DNA of 64,000 nt from the human T2T-CHM13v2.0 reference genome, Homo sapiens, in NCBI RefSeq assembly GCF_009914755.1, contig NC_060930.1; one strand, given 5' to 3'. Position 1 is the stretch's first letter; every line of letters starts with the position of its first letter. Made by a program: the position numbers and the translations under genes. Below the pieces are notes generated by a model. That model was given only the letters and a program-made list of their open reading frames with translations. It was not told where the DNA came from and did no database searches. Shown piece after piece: positions 29,521 to 42,590 of this stretch.

Positions 29521-29990
29521 GAAAATCAGGTCAAACATCCAAGTTTTATTTATATATAATCTTGTTTATGATTCTTACAGTTGAAAATTAAATAAATATT
29601 TTTAAATCTTCTCCATTCAGGTAAAAAAAATTTTTTCAATGGAGAATGTGGCCATATCTGGCCCATCGTAAATTGCTTTCCTGCCGTATCTAATATAGTT
29701 TCCACAGCATCTCATGCTTGTTTAGGCTACCTCCTATACAATCAAAATGCTACTCAACAATCAATGAGCATATTACATGTAATCCATGAGTATATGTTAA
29801 TTATATACAGTATTGTTAAATTCAGTATTCTTTAAATACTCCATGAATTAGCTCTTACAACAAGAACACAAACTGCTTTGTAAAGGCTTATTGATTGACC
29901 AAATCTATGCACTTATTTCTTTTTTATTAAAATTGTTTTTTTATTTTAATAAAAGAATATGCAGAAAAAACTCAATTTATTTTTATATAG

Positions 29991-30083
29991 CATTTTTTTG
30001 AGGACCCTGAAGGAAAGATTGAGTTACCACCATCCTTGAAAATTTATTCCTGGAAACGTCCACAAGATATTTTATTTAGTCAG
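29991..30083 (+). CDS. ADGB: ADGB exon 3 (93 nt, phase 0-0): [31 protein letters not shown]
   Basis: Acceptor ttttatatAG, donor CAG|GTAAGA; calpain-like FED and WKRP motifs. Confidence 0.95.
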
Positions 30084-32024
30084 GTAAGAAAGTTTTTTCT
30101 ATTAAATAAAATACTTACTATGTGGATGTATTATCCTACTGATAAAAATTTGCATTTTTTGTAATGATTTAGGGTAATTTTCTCTTGTGGTATTCAGTAA
30201 AAAAGTAATTGCTTTTTGGCAACTAATCAAAACTAAATGTTTATTAATATAGTTTAATGTTTCTTGTACTGGCTTCTAAGAGATTATTGAATTTTTGTTT
30301 AGAACCTTGATTTTTCTTCTTCCCTCCAAAATGCTAACTTATAACTTAAAATGTTGTATGAAGTTGTTCCTTAATTTCTGATTGACACACTTCTTTCTGC
30401 TTCTTTGCATGAACATTCATAGCATGGAGGTCTGTTTTCTCTGGTGCTTATTAGCATTAATATTCCAGCCCAAGAGTTTTGCACATAGATACCTCTATTT
30501 CAGGGATTCTTGAAGCATTTTCCAGAGAACACTTTTATTTCTGGATCTCATGCCCAACTACGTGAATCATATTGACTGGAATGTCACTCAATAAACTTTC
30601 ATTTTTAAATAGCACTTATAGAGATTAAGAGATTAAATCTTCAGACACCCTAGTCTATCCTCATAACAGCTATATGTTAGTTTGAATATATTTAGCTTTT
30701 CCAAGGGTTTAATTATGACTAATGCCTTTTTTCTTCCTTGAATCTGCTATTACTTTCACCTAATGCATAGGAAACCAGTGGGCTAAATTATTTAGAAGTA
30801 GTCAAATTGTTGTAATAAAGCTGATTGTTCTGTACATTTGTGGAATCCATTAAAGCTATGTATCTATATGAAATTTACTTTATTCCTAAAAGTTTTACCC
30901 ATTAGAACTGCTACTAATTCAAGAAAATATGATATGTCCACCATATTTTTCAAGTACTCTTACTAGTTGAGTAAATCAGATGAATCTAAATTCAAAGATT
31001 AAATAAGATGCAAAAATAATATCCTATCAGCCAGAGCATTTTTTGAATGCCTACTTATAAGATATTTGAAATAAAATAAATAGAATATATATGAGCCATG
31101 CTTTTAAGTTACTTATAGTAACTTAAAGTTTTAGATAACTTTAAGTTTTAGATAACATTGACATGAAGAATATGAATTCAGTGATATTAATATAATGTAT
31201 TTAATATTAATGTGTTACTAACAATATTCAGTCTCTGCTCAATATAAGTACATAGCTTACATTTCATACAAATAAAGGGTGTGAATTCCACAAGATGATG
31301 ATGTTGTAAATTTGGATAAGTAAAAAAGTTTTTTCCCTGAGGTTCCCTTGGTCAAGGAGGTGGGTCTGCCCAGTAATTTGGGGTGGCCTTAGGATGTTAC
31401 TTTTTAGTATGTATTCCCCCTTTCCTTTTTGGGCAAGATATGCCAGAGGCAGTATCAATGGTCAAGGTTTTATTTTGGCTCATATTAATGTCAGGCTGGT
31501 GTGGCTACCTGTGCCAGGCCATCATGTTCTTTGGTGGCACCCCTATAGCCAAGGGACTTAGAGTCAAAAGACTTACAGCCAATTAACCGTTTTAAGCAAG
31601 ATAGGAATAGAGGTAGACAGGTGTTTATTAAATATTAAAGCCCTCTCAAGTAATATAAGAGCCCCAAACTAAAGTCAAAAAGCAAGGTTACAAAACTGAC
31701 CTGTCTTTAAGTTTTATTGTGTTGAGCTATCAGCTGTTTAGGCATCTGTGTGCCCAGGAGTCAAGACTCTGTAACTTAACAGCAGAAGGATTAGTTAATA
31801 GCACCTGAAAAGAAACCTTTCAGTGGGGTGAAGGTAGTGATACTAGAGTCCATGACCTGACTGGAAGTTGTAAAAAATATTTTACAACCCTGTAGTGATT
31901 AATTTTTATAATTTTGATAAGTTTCAGCAACAAATCAGAGGCTGAATTTAGAAGAATTTAACTTCTGATGACATTTGTCAAAGATGTTAAAGGGCTCAAA
32001 ATATTTGATCAAAACAGAATCACA

Positions 32025-32380
32025 GGCTGGCTATGGTGGCTCATGCCTGTAATCCCAGCACTTTGAGAGGCTGTGGCAGGTGGATCATTTAAGGCCAGGA
32101 GTTTGAGACCAGCCTGGCCAACATGGCAAAATTCCATCTCCACTAAAAATACAAAAATTATTCAGGCATGGTAATGCATGACTGTAATCCCAGCTACCCA
32201 GGAGGCTGAGGCATGTGAATCACTCGAACCTGGGAGGTAGAATTTTCAGTGAGCCAAGATTGCGCCACTGCACTTCAGCCTGGGTGACAGAGTGAGAGCC
32301 TGTCTCAAAAAAAAACAAAAAACAAAAAACAAAAAACAAACAAACAAACAAAAACACAAAAAACAAACAAACAAAAAAAA
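32025..32380 (+). mobile_element. Alu (AluS-type) with (CAAAA)n-like tail
   Basis: Full dimer; TSD-like AAAACAGAATCACAGG / AAACCAGATTCCTGG. Confidence 0.92.
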
Positions 32381-33369
32381 CCAGATTCCTGGGTCTGATA
32401 GTTAAAAGACTTTAAAGGCAATATATAAGGTTACATGGATGTAAAAACCTTAACTCTTTTTAGTCTCAGGGTTTTAAGCAATCAAAAATCTAATAATAAT
32501 AATAATATAGGAATTATCTTGATAAAATATAAAATCTTGTTTATTTTAAAGCCGGTTGCCCAAAAAGCAAAGAGAAATCTTTTTTAGTGTGACTGATTTT
32601 CCTTACAGAAAGCCCATTTAGATAACCTAGAAGTCAAACATGATGAAAAAAAGTACTTGAAGTGAATCAGACACAGGAAGAGTGTGTTCAAGGTTATGAG
32701 TATAGTAGGGGAATACATAATTTTTAGTAACTACATGAGAGGTTTTCTGATTTCATTGAAAAATTTAGACATATTAAAAAAGCGAAGAGCACAGAATCAA
32801 GTTATAGTTTGGGAAAACATTGTGTTTATTCTGTATTTATTACTTTTATTTTATTTTTAAGATAAAACATTTTAGCATCAGGCCACAACAACAACTAGAA
32901 CCAGATGAAAAAAGTTACAGGATCTAATGAAAAAGCTGAAGGAGAAAGTTATCATCTTAGTCCTTCTGAAGGGGAGAAAGAGTTGAAAGCAGCAAAACAC
33001 AACAAAGTTGAATTTTTGAATATGACTCTGATAAGTTTTTAAAAGAAACAAATAATAGAATTTAAATAAAAACTTATAGTAATTTTATTGAAAGAAAATA
33101 AATACCTTAAGAAAACCTTTCTTTAACATAAGGTCCAATTTTAGAAAGACTCTAGAAAATAATTTAAAAATATATATAGTCAACTTTATCACATACAAAG
33201 GTTTTAAAAATAAATTTCCCTTTATGAACATTGTCACAACTTACACAGACCATATATGACACATTTGGACTTTCTTGTTTTATGTGGTCTTTTTAAAATA
33301 ATAAGTCATTTTATTTTAGGCCAAACATTTACCATCTGAGTTTTTTACACAAAATTATTATTTTTATAA

Positions 33370-33954
<585 letters not shown>

Positions 33955-34657
33955 GCCACCTTTTTAAATAAAAAACTTTTAAATAACCCCTAAATTATAT
34001 AAAATTATTTTTAAATAAGAAGAAAATTTATAGAATTATATATTAACTAAAATTTATATTTTTAGTAATGTTAAATTTTCATGAAAACCTAAGCAGCAAG
34101 AAATCCTTAACTGTTTATCAGATGTTAGCATTTTATAAATGAAACCATTTTACAAATTTTAGAAACACATATATTATATTAAACCCATTTTAGTTGGAAA
34201 TGACCCAGATATCCAACAAGCATCCAAAATCATTTTAAGATTTTAAATTACACAAAAAGTCTTCCTACAAGCATTTATCTCATTTTTATGTACTCAATTT
34301 TTTATTTTTAACAGTGTATAATAGATTACTTTTGAAAACTGAGATATTAAACAAAGGTAGTCATTATTTAAAGTTTTGTTTTTTTTTTTTTTGCTAAACA
34401 TTTATGAAGTCTGTAAACATCGGGTATTCACCTAAATAAGAATCTCAAAGTGAAATACGTGGGCATTTTGCTGATAACTCAGAAGATTTATCCATTTTTA
34501 TTGAAACAACAATATTAAGTTAGTCTTATTTGTTTTAAAAAAAAGTCACACAAAGATTATTTTGTTTTTGGCTGGGTTGATAGTCTCACAATATTTGTGC
34601 CAAACTCTGACACCTTAAAATAACTAGCAAAGGCAAACAAACATAAAACTTACCTAG

Positions 34658-35008
<351 letters not shown>

Positions 35009-35814
35009 TTTATTGTACTAATAATTTTAAAACAAGTTTTATTTACCAAAGATTTATATGAACTTGAAAAGCATCTGGACTTATTTTATGAATACTCACT
35101 TACTCATAAGCCAGTTTGGTAGTATGTTAGACACAACGAATAGCACAATACACATACATATACCTAAACATATCTAAACGTGTATATGTATTATATATGT
35201 ACACACACACAAAGATCCAATAGTTTTTATCTAAGAACTCTAGCCATGAGACAGCATCAAAAACTCACTGCCCTATGAAAGATAGCTGGATCCATGTTAT
35301 TTTTTAGAAAATTGGGACCTGTCCACATGGCTAAACTTTCTTTGCCCTGATAGGTAATCCTATAATAGCTGTGGACCAAAATTTTGGGTAAAGCTGTTGT
35401 CATTTTTAAAAACATGTTTTATCCTTTTGTCTTCTGTTTTAAATGAGTTTCCAATGTTTACATTTTAGCCAAAACTGGATGAACTGTATAAGAAAAATAA
35501 AATGTCCGAATAACCTTGAAATCATAAGTTTTATTTCAACACCAGTAGCTTAATAACAGCAGATTCAAAACAGGCAGAAAAGAAAAGAGAAATAGAGAGC
35601 TTTAGAAGACTCTCCTTAACTCTATAGTTGCAGGTTAAGTATTTGAGCTCTGACTTTTTTTATTGGAATTTGCCCATCAGTTTGTTTCACACAAACAAGC
35701 CACAATATGTAACCAGCTGGAGTCCCAGGTAAACTAGAAAATAATTCACATGTTTTTTTTTTTCCTGCACAAAGCTTGACACAGATACAATAAATACTCC
35801 TGAGTCCCTCCCAC

Positions 35815-35815
<1 letters not shown>

Positions 35816-35854
<39 letters not shown>
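35816..35854 (+). repeat. Poly(A) run of 39 nt
   Basis: Directly visible. Confidence 0.95.
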
Positions 35855-35857
<3 letters not shown>

Positions 35858-36544
35858 GGGGCCAGGATTTTGGAAATAGTTTCTCCCCTAGTGAGGAGAG
35901 GAGAAGCCTGTTTTGCTGAATTCTGACAATCCGATGGACCTGGTCTTGGCTGGTGCAATTGAGACCATTTCAAAGCACCCTCAGAGGTAGGGGCAAGACT
36001 AAACAGACACAAACGCCAACGGATCTGACGCAGACAGAGTGCTCCAAACTAATCCCTGAAAGGGGTTACTGGAGAAATGTCCTCAGACCTTGTCTCAAAT
36101 GCTGACAGCACCACAGTTTAATTGTCCTGCATTAAGTCCAGATGTCACAGAAGCCAACACAGCAGCACAGATGACATACACTAAGTCTAGACAGCTAGAG
36201 AAACCAGATGGCAGCGACAGAGGATTTTTAGGTGCATTCCAGTTGACTTACCCAGTTCTTGAAGCCTGTTGACTTCCCAGATGTTGCTTTCCTCACACAG
36301 ACAGAGAATGATAGCAAGAGATGATGCCATGAACGTGAGGGAAGGGAAATTCCCTGAGACAAAGGCAGTCTTGGTAGCTGCTGGTCCCAGGTATGGGGAC
36401 AACCAGCCATGAGCTGCTGGCATTTGCAAGTGGCCCCTGCCCTGCCTGGTAGCATTAACAAATAATCCCTGGCACACTGCTGCAGGCAATTGCTCCACTC
36501 ATTGGAAACTAGGCGTACAGGCTGAGTCACTTGAAACACACAGT

Positions 36545-36562
36545 GTCTCACAAAGGGCACCA
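36545..36562 (-). promoter_or_regulatory. Primer binding site, tRNA-Met(CAT elongator)-like
   Basis: Minus strand TGGTGCCCTTTGTGAGAC, 3 nt from the LTR end. Confidence 0.65.
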
Positions 36563-36565
36563 AAT

Positions 36566-37124
36566 TAGTAACCGACTCAAATTTGGCCGCTCACTGCCCA
36601 GAGGCCAGAACACGAGAAACAAGATGTGGTGAAAGGAAAGTAACTTTATTCAAATGCTAGAAGTTGGGGAATGGCCAGGCTTATGCCCTTAAAAGACAAT
36701 TTTTGCTCTGGGGGCTAATTGAGGGAGTTTAAGAAGGAAAACTTGGTAGGCGAAACATGTACCCGCGGTCCAGGAGGATGCAGGTCTGCAAGTCTCTTCC
36801 AATGGCTATCTTGAATATTTGCCCATCTGCAGCTCTTGTTGATATCATTGATATCATCTTGACTTTGGCCTGATAATGGTAGACTAATCGTTCATAACTC
36901 CACTTAAGCAGGAGAATTCTGCAGCTGGGTCTCTATGCCTGGTTTATTTCAAAAGTAGCCCCTGGGATTTTTAAGCAAACACGTAATTAGATAAGTGAGC
37001 ACTGTGCATGGAGATGCCTGGTGGGAAAGGAGGGAAACTAAGTTTTACAGTATATTTTATGGCTAACAGCAAGAAAGGAAAAAAAGTTTCAAAATGCATT
37101 TTGAAGCTAAGCTACTCGATTACA
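36566..37124 (-). mobile_element. 5' LTR of the ERV1 element
   Basis: Inverted termini TGTAATCGAGT / AGTCGGTTACTA; minus-strand AATAAA at about 36645-36650; PBS adjacent. Confidence 0.78.
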
Positions 37125-38114
37125 CTGTTATAAAATACCTTAAAATCCTGAATTTAAGATAGCAGAATAAACATGAGCCCTTCCAACCAAAAAGGTTAAC
37201 AAGTTCTGATCACAGAGTAACTTACCAGACCTGTTTATTTCTGACAACTAGAAATGAGTGGCCCAGACCCTTGAGCATTGAATGTGTTGAATAGATTAGG
37301 ATGTCTGAAGATTTATCCTGTCCCGGGTACAGGTATAGGCAGTAAAAGTGTGAAAGTGTGCCATTGTAGAGACCTCTGCCTTAATATTTGTTGTCTCTTA
37401 CAAACTTAATTTCTACTTTTCACTTGTCAGCAGGAGGCTATCAAGACTAATACTTCAAACTTGAGGTATCTAATACTTATTAATGTATAGCTTATCAACT
37501 TTGGTAATCACTGAAGTATAGGGGCATTTGAGAAGCATTCCATCACAGTCAGTCAAGCCAGAAGAAACTATGTTTATAATTTATGATCTGCAGAGTCAAT
37601 TCAAGCCTTTAAGGTAGTTTTAGGTAAATTTTTCTCTAACTTTTTTTATTGACTTTTCAAGATGCTGCTTGTATAGATGAGTGAAAGTAATTGACAGTGT
37701 TACTTTTCCTAAAAACCTGATTCTCTAATCAAAACTGTTTTCATGTTAATTTGGTATGTTAAATATATATACTTGATATGAATTATAGCTCATTTTAAAA
37801 AAGTTACAATTTGTATTTCCCTATTAGTTTTATATTATTATTATTTATTGGTACCTGATTTAGAAGTGTACTAATTAAATAATGACCATTAAAATAATTT
37901 TTTAATCTAACAGGATATTAACTTGAACAAGATTTTAAAAAGCTATCACAATCTCAAAAAAAATTTTAACACTAACAAAATAGACAATAATCATTAAATG
38001 GGAGAAAAGCTATCATGGCTAATATTAGTCATCCAAGATGAAGATATTTTCCCTCCTATCAGACGTTAACTAAGTTTTCAGGTTTAGCTTCAGTGGTTGA
38101 TTTAGATTTTAAAG

Positions 38115-38642
38115 CAGTGGTCCCCAACCCTGGTCCATGGACCAGTACCAATCTGTGGCCTGTTAGGAACCGGGCCACACAGCAGGAGGTGAGCAGCGGG
38201 CGAACAAGCAAGGCTTCATCTGTACTCACAGACGCTCCACATCACTTGCATTACCACCTGAGCTCTGCCTCCTGTCAGAGCAGCAGCATTAGATTCTCAC
38301 TGCAGTGTGAAACTTACTGTGAACTGCGTGTGCATGTGAGGAATCTAGGTTGCATGCTCCTTATGAGAATCTAATGCCTGATGATCTGTCACTGTCTCCA
38401 GTCACCCCCAGATGGGACCATCTAGTTGCAGGAAAACAAGCTCAGGGTTCCCGCTGATGCTACATTATGGTGAGCTGTATAATTATTTCATTACATATTA
38501 CAATGGAATAACAGTGGAAATAAAGTGCACAATAAATGTAATGTGCTTGAATCATCCCCAAACCACCCCCAACTCCTTGGTTCGTGGAAAAATTGTCTTC
38601 CATTAGACTGGTCCCTGGTGCCAAAAAGGTTGGGGACCACTG
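38115..38642. mobile_element. MER1A (hAT-Charlie), full length
   Basis: TIRs CAGTGGTCCCCAACC / GGTTGGGGACCACTG; perfect 8-bp TSD TTTTAAAG. Confidence 0.93.
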
Positions 38643-38703
38643 TTTTAAAGTACTTTTTAATCTCTCAGTTTGTGTATCTGTTCATGCTAAGTTTATCTGC
38701 ATA

Positions 38704-38980
38704 AGGAACAGAAAATGAAATATCACATGTTCTCACTTATAAGTGGGAGCTAAATGATGAGAATACATCGACACATAGAAGGGAACAACACACACTGGAG
38801 CCTACTGGAGTGTGGAGGGTGGGAGGAGGGAGAGGATCAGGAAAAATAACTAATGGGTACTAGGCTTAATACCTGGGTGATGAAATAATCTGTACAACAA
38901 ACCCCCATGACGTAAGTTTACCTATGTAACAAACCCACACATGTACCCCAAACTTAAAAGTTAAAAAATAAAAATAAAAA
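38704..38980 (+). mobile_element. Short L1PA (older) 3' end
   Basis: L1 3'UTR plus A tail; TSD AAGTTTATCTGCATA / AAATTTACCTGCATA. Confidence 0.88.
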
Positions 38981-39150
38981 TTTACCTGCATATATATGTA
39001 TTTTACTCCTATAGTAAAATACTGTATCTTATTGGCATTAAATTACATTTTTATCACCTATAGCTCTAAGAATTATCTTAAGGAATGTGTTTATTTCTTA
39101 TTTCTCTGGTTGTGAGAACTGAAATCAGGGTGGCCTATTTCCAGCACCAA

Positions 39151-39280
39151 CCAATTTATGCCTAGTGTTCCATTATTGGAACGCTAAGCATGTGGGAGTT
39201 ATTTATATCCTACTGCTCAAGGTCATTGCCAAGGTCTGATTGCAAAAATTCAAAAAATTGCAACTTCAGGCATAAATGGA
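39151..39280 (+). mobile_element. MER85 (PGBD3-family piggyBac MITE)
   Basis: TIRs CCAATTTATGCCT / AGGCATAAATGGA; palindrome GTTCCATTATTGGAAC at 39167-39182; TTAA at 39281-39284. Confidence 0.93.
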
Positions 39281-39354
39281 TTAAAACTATTTCATTAAAT
39301 TACTTTTTTATTATTTTTCTTATGGAGTAATATATACATATATATTTTTTTCAG

Positions 39355-39426
39355 ACTCCAGTAGTTGTGAAAAATGAAATCACGTTTGACTTATTTTCAG
39401 CAAATGAACATTTACTCTGCAGCGAG
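39355..39426 (+). CDS. ADGB: ADGB exon 4 (72 nt, phase 0-0): TPVVVKNEITFDLFSANEHLLCSE
   Basis: Acceptor tttttttcAG, donor GAG|GTATGT; Cys codon at 39418-39420 near the calpain catalytic-Cys position. Confidence 0.94.
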
Positions 39427-39584
39427 GTATGTACAGAAATATGAACTAAAGTCTCACCATGAAATGACTTCCAGTCCTGCTTAAACCATTCCCAGACAGT
39501 CGATTTCAACTCTCCCTTGCTCACCTTTAAGTTTTGGTATTATATATATATATATAATACCAAAAAATATATATGGGGGTGGGT

Positions 39585-39865
39585 GTTTGAGACAGAGTCT
39601 TGCTCTGTTGCTCGGGCTAGAGTGCAGTGGTGTGAACACAGCTCGGTGCAGTCTCAACCGGGCTAAAAATGATCCTCCCACCTCAGATTCCTGGTAGCTG
39701 GGACTACAGGGATGTGCCATCTCCCCCAGCTAATTTTAAATTTTTTGGTAGAGACGAGATCGCACCACATTGCCCAGGCTGGTCTTGAACTCCTGGGCTC
39801 AAGCAGTCCTCCCACACGGCCTCCCAAAGTGCTGGGATTACAAGCATCAGCCCCTGTTCCTGGCC
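39585..39865 (-). mobile_element. Alu (AluJ-like)
   Basis: Diverged dimer. Confidence 0.88.
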
Positions 39866-39869
39866 AAAA

Positions 39870-40305
39870 ATTGTGTATATTTAAGGTATACAATTTGATG
39901 GTTTGATATACATTGTTAAATATTCATCACAATTAAGCTAATCAACATAACCATCAACTCAGTTATTATTGTGTCTGCCAGTTAATATTGTGTATTATTG
40001 TGTGTGTTATTGTGTGTGTGTATATGTGTGTTAAGAACACTGAAGATCTATTCTCTGAGCACATTTCAGGTATACAATACAATATTGTTAACTACAGCTG
40101 CATTGTTGCAAGTAGAGCTCCATAACTTATCTTTCAGAAGTAAAACTTTGTACCCCTTACCAACATCGCCCCATATCCCCCTCCTTCCAGACCCTGGTAA
40201 CCACCGTTTCTCTATCTGTTTCTCAGACTTTTGTATTTTTAGATTCCACATATATGTGAAATCATGCAGTTATTTGTCTTTGTTTGGCTTATTTCACTTA
40301 AGGTA
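39870..40305 (-). mobile_element. L1MA-like 3' end
   Basis: TTAAGCTAATCAACATAACCATC...TTTTAGATTCCACATATATGTGAAATCATGCAG. Confidence 0.8.
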
Positions 40306-41149
40306 ATGGTATTTTACACACCAACATTCAAAAGGGAAATGAAGTCTCTTTAACTGAGTTTAGTGAGCCTCTGTTCTCCTGCCCCTGGTCTCAAAGTAGC
40401 TGTATTCTCTCCCTCTGGGCTTTTCTCCTTGAGATCCACATGACCAGCAATGGACATGAAGTGGCTGCCCATCCTGCCCTATGCCATGTCAAGAGGAGGG
40501 TACAGTGATGTTGTATGATGTGATAGTGCAAGGGAAATTGGGGTGTACTTGGATTACAATACCTCTTCCAAACCAGCAAGGTTTTCAGCACAGCTGTCCT
40601 ACTTCCTGTGGGAACTCATCTCCCCACCTCCTACTCCCCACCTCCCTGCCCCATGTTGGGTTGGGATTTATCCATCACAAGCAGGCCTGTTCCACTCCTC
40701 TATGTTAATTAAATCAGAAACAAGAACTTTTAAAAATTATTTTCTGCTAAGACTCAGAGGAGTGGGGCATAGTCAATATTGATTAAAATACTTTTTCTTA
40801 TCTTCAATATCTTGACCCATATTAAAATCAAAATATTATATTTCTTCAACCAGTTATACATATTAGTATAAAATTATCTCCAAATAATTTTATGTTTTAG
40901 TATAAAATACACCTATTTAATGAATCCTAATCCCACTTAGACTTTCGCTTTTCATTTTTCAAGGGAAGGAAAGTATAAAATATTCTACAATAAATTTTCC
41001 AGATATACAGGATGATATCTGTTTTGTCTTTTTCTACTTTATCAAACATTAAGAATTTCCTAGATAACTCAAATTAAGAGAAACATAAATCTTGCAAGGT
41101 CAATATTAAATATTTAATTTCCTTATAAACCAGGCAGTTAAACATGAGA

Positions 41150-41420
41150 TGAATAATTCAGAAAATCAGATACTACTGAGGTAACAATGGCTTCATTGAA
41201 CACCCACTGTGACCTAGAGATTTCTTACATACTGTTTCTAGTCCTCACAAAAAAAAATGTGAAAAATAGCTACTATTATCTACATTCTACAATGAAGAAC
41301 TGCAACTTAGAGAGGTGGAAGCAACTTTCCCAGCAGCAGAAGGCTGTGAAGATCTGAAAGAGGATTCAAATCCTGATCTCTGTTTCCACTCTGAAGTCCA
41401 TCCACCCACTGGGCCTTGCT
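41150..41420. mobile_element. MIR fragment
   Basis: Core-like ATTCTACAATGAAGAACTG...AGAGAGGT...GGATTCAAATCC. Confidence 0.55.
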
Positions 41421-41984
41421 GCCTGTTAAAAACACTGCAAGGGGACGTTTTACTTAGAGCATTTCAACAGCTACAGATCAACCCATGAAATGTGGGATTT
41501 ACAGTATATTTATGTGTCTACCCCATTTTAATTCTTTCACATCTCATTCCTTCTCTAATTTGTCCTATTGACATACAAGAGATAATATCCTTATCAAATA
41601 TCTAACATTTACAAAAGAGTAGCTTGCTCATTTGTCACAATTTTCAGAAGCTTTCTCTCTCTCACACACAAACACACCACTCATATAAATATCAGTGTCA
41701 AATAGAAGTCGTGCCAAATCACCCACAGTTTACTTCAGCAGACAGCTTTCTTAGCTGAGTATGTTTAGTATGAGACATTTTAGTTTGTATTGTGACTGTA
41801 TTTCCCAAAAACAAAAGCAAGACCTATAACTTTATTCTGTAGATCAGAAATGAAAGTATGGAATACATTACATGTATAATTTAATATTATTCTTGGAAGT
41901 GGATTTTTTTACTGTTTTTATCCCTAAATTACAGTACCTACAACTGAAAAATAACCAATTAACCCTAATGTTTTTTATCTCTAG

Positions 41985-42194
41985 CTGATGAGATGGATTA
42001 TCAGTGAAATCTATGCAGTGTGGAAGATCTTCAATGGAGGAATTTTGAGCAATTATTTTAAGGGGACTTCAGGGGAACCTCCTCTTCTCCCCTGGAAGCC
42101 CTGGGAACACATATACTCTCTGTGCAAGGCTGTGAAGGGTCATATGCCTTTGTTCAATAGCTATGGAAAGTATGTTGTGAAACTTTACTGGATG
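41985..42194 (+). CDS. ADGB: ADGB exon 5 (210 nt, phase 0-0): [19 protein letters not shown]...[14 protein letters not shown]
   Basis: Acceptor ttttatctctAG, donor ATG|GTAAGT; overlaps ORF 41988..42218; calpain-7-like GKYxVKL motif. Confidence 0.96.
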
Positions 42195-42254
42195 GTAAGT
42201 CCATTTTCGTGTGCATAAAAACTCATGAGTCTTTCATATTGAAATATACTTGTC

Positions 42255-42590
42255 CTGGCATGGTGGCTCATGCCTGTAATCGCAGCACTTTGGGAGGCAA
42301 AGGCCAAGGCAGTGGATCACCTGAGATCAGGAGTTCGCAACCAGCCTGGGCAACATGGTGAAATGCTGTTGCTACTAAAAAGACAAAAAATTAGCTGGGT
42401 ACGGTGGTGGGTGCCTGTAATCCCACCTACTCCGGAGGCTGATGTGGGAGAATTGCTTGAACCCGGGAGGCAGAGGTTGAGTGAGTTAAGGTCTCACCAT
42501 TGCACTCCAGCCTGGGCAACAAGAGCAAAACTCCAAAAAAAAAAAGAAAGAAAGAAAGAGAGAGAAGGAAGGAAGGAAGAAAGGAAGGTT
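42255..42590 (+). mobile_element. Alu (AluS-type) with purine-repeat tail, about 60 bp downstream of exon 5
   Basis: Full dimer followed by (GAAA)n(GAAG)n. Confidence 0.9.

Noticed and set aside
35816-35854. Poly(A) as tail of an unrecognised retrocopy
   Set aside because: No retroposon body or TSD visible; more likely slippage expansion inside the ERV
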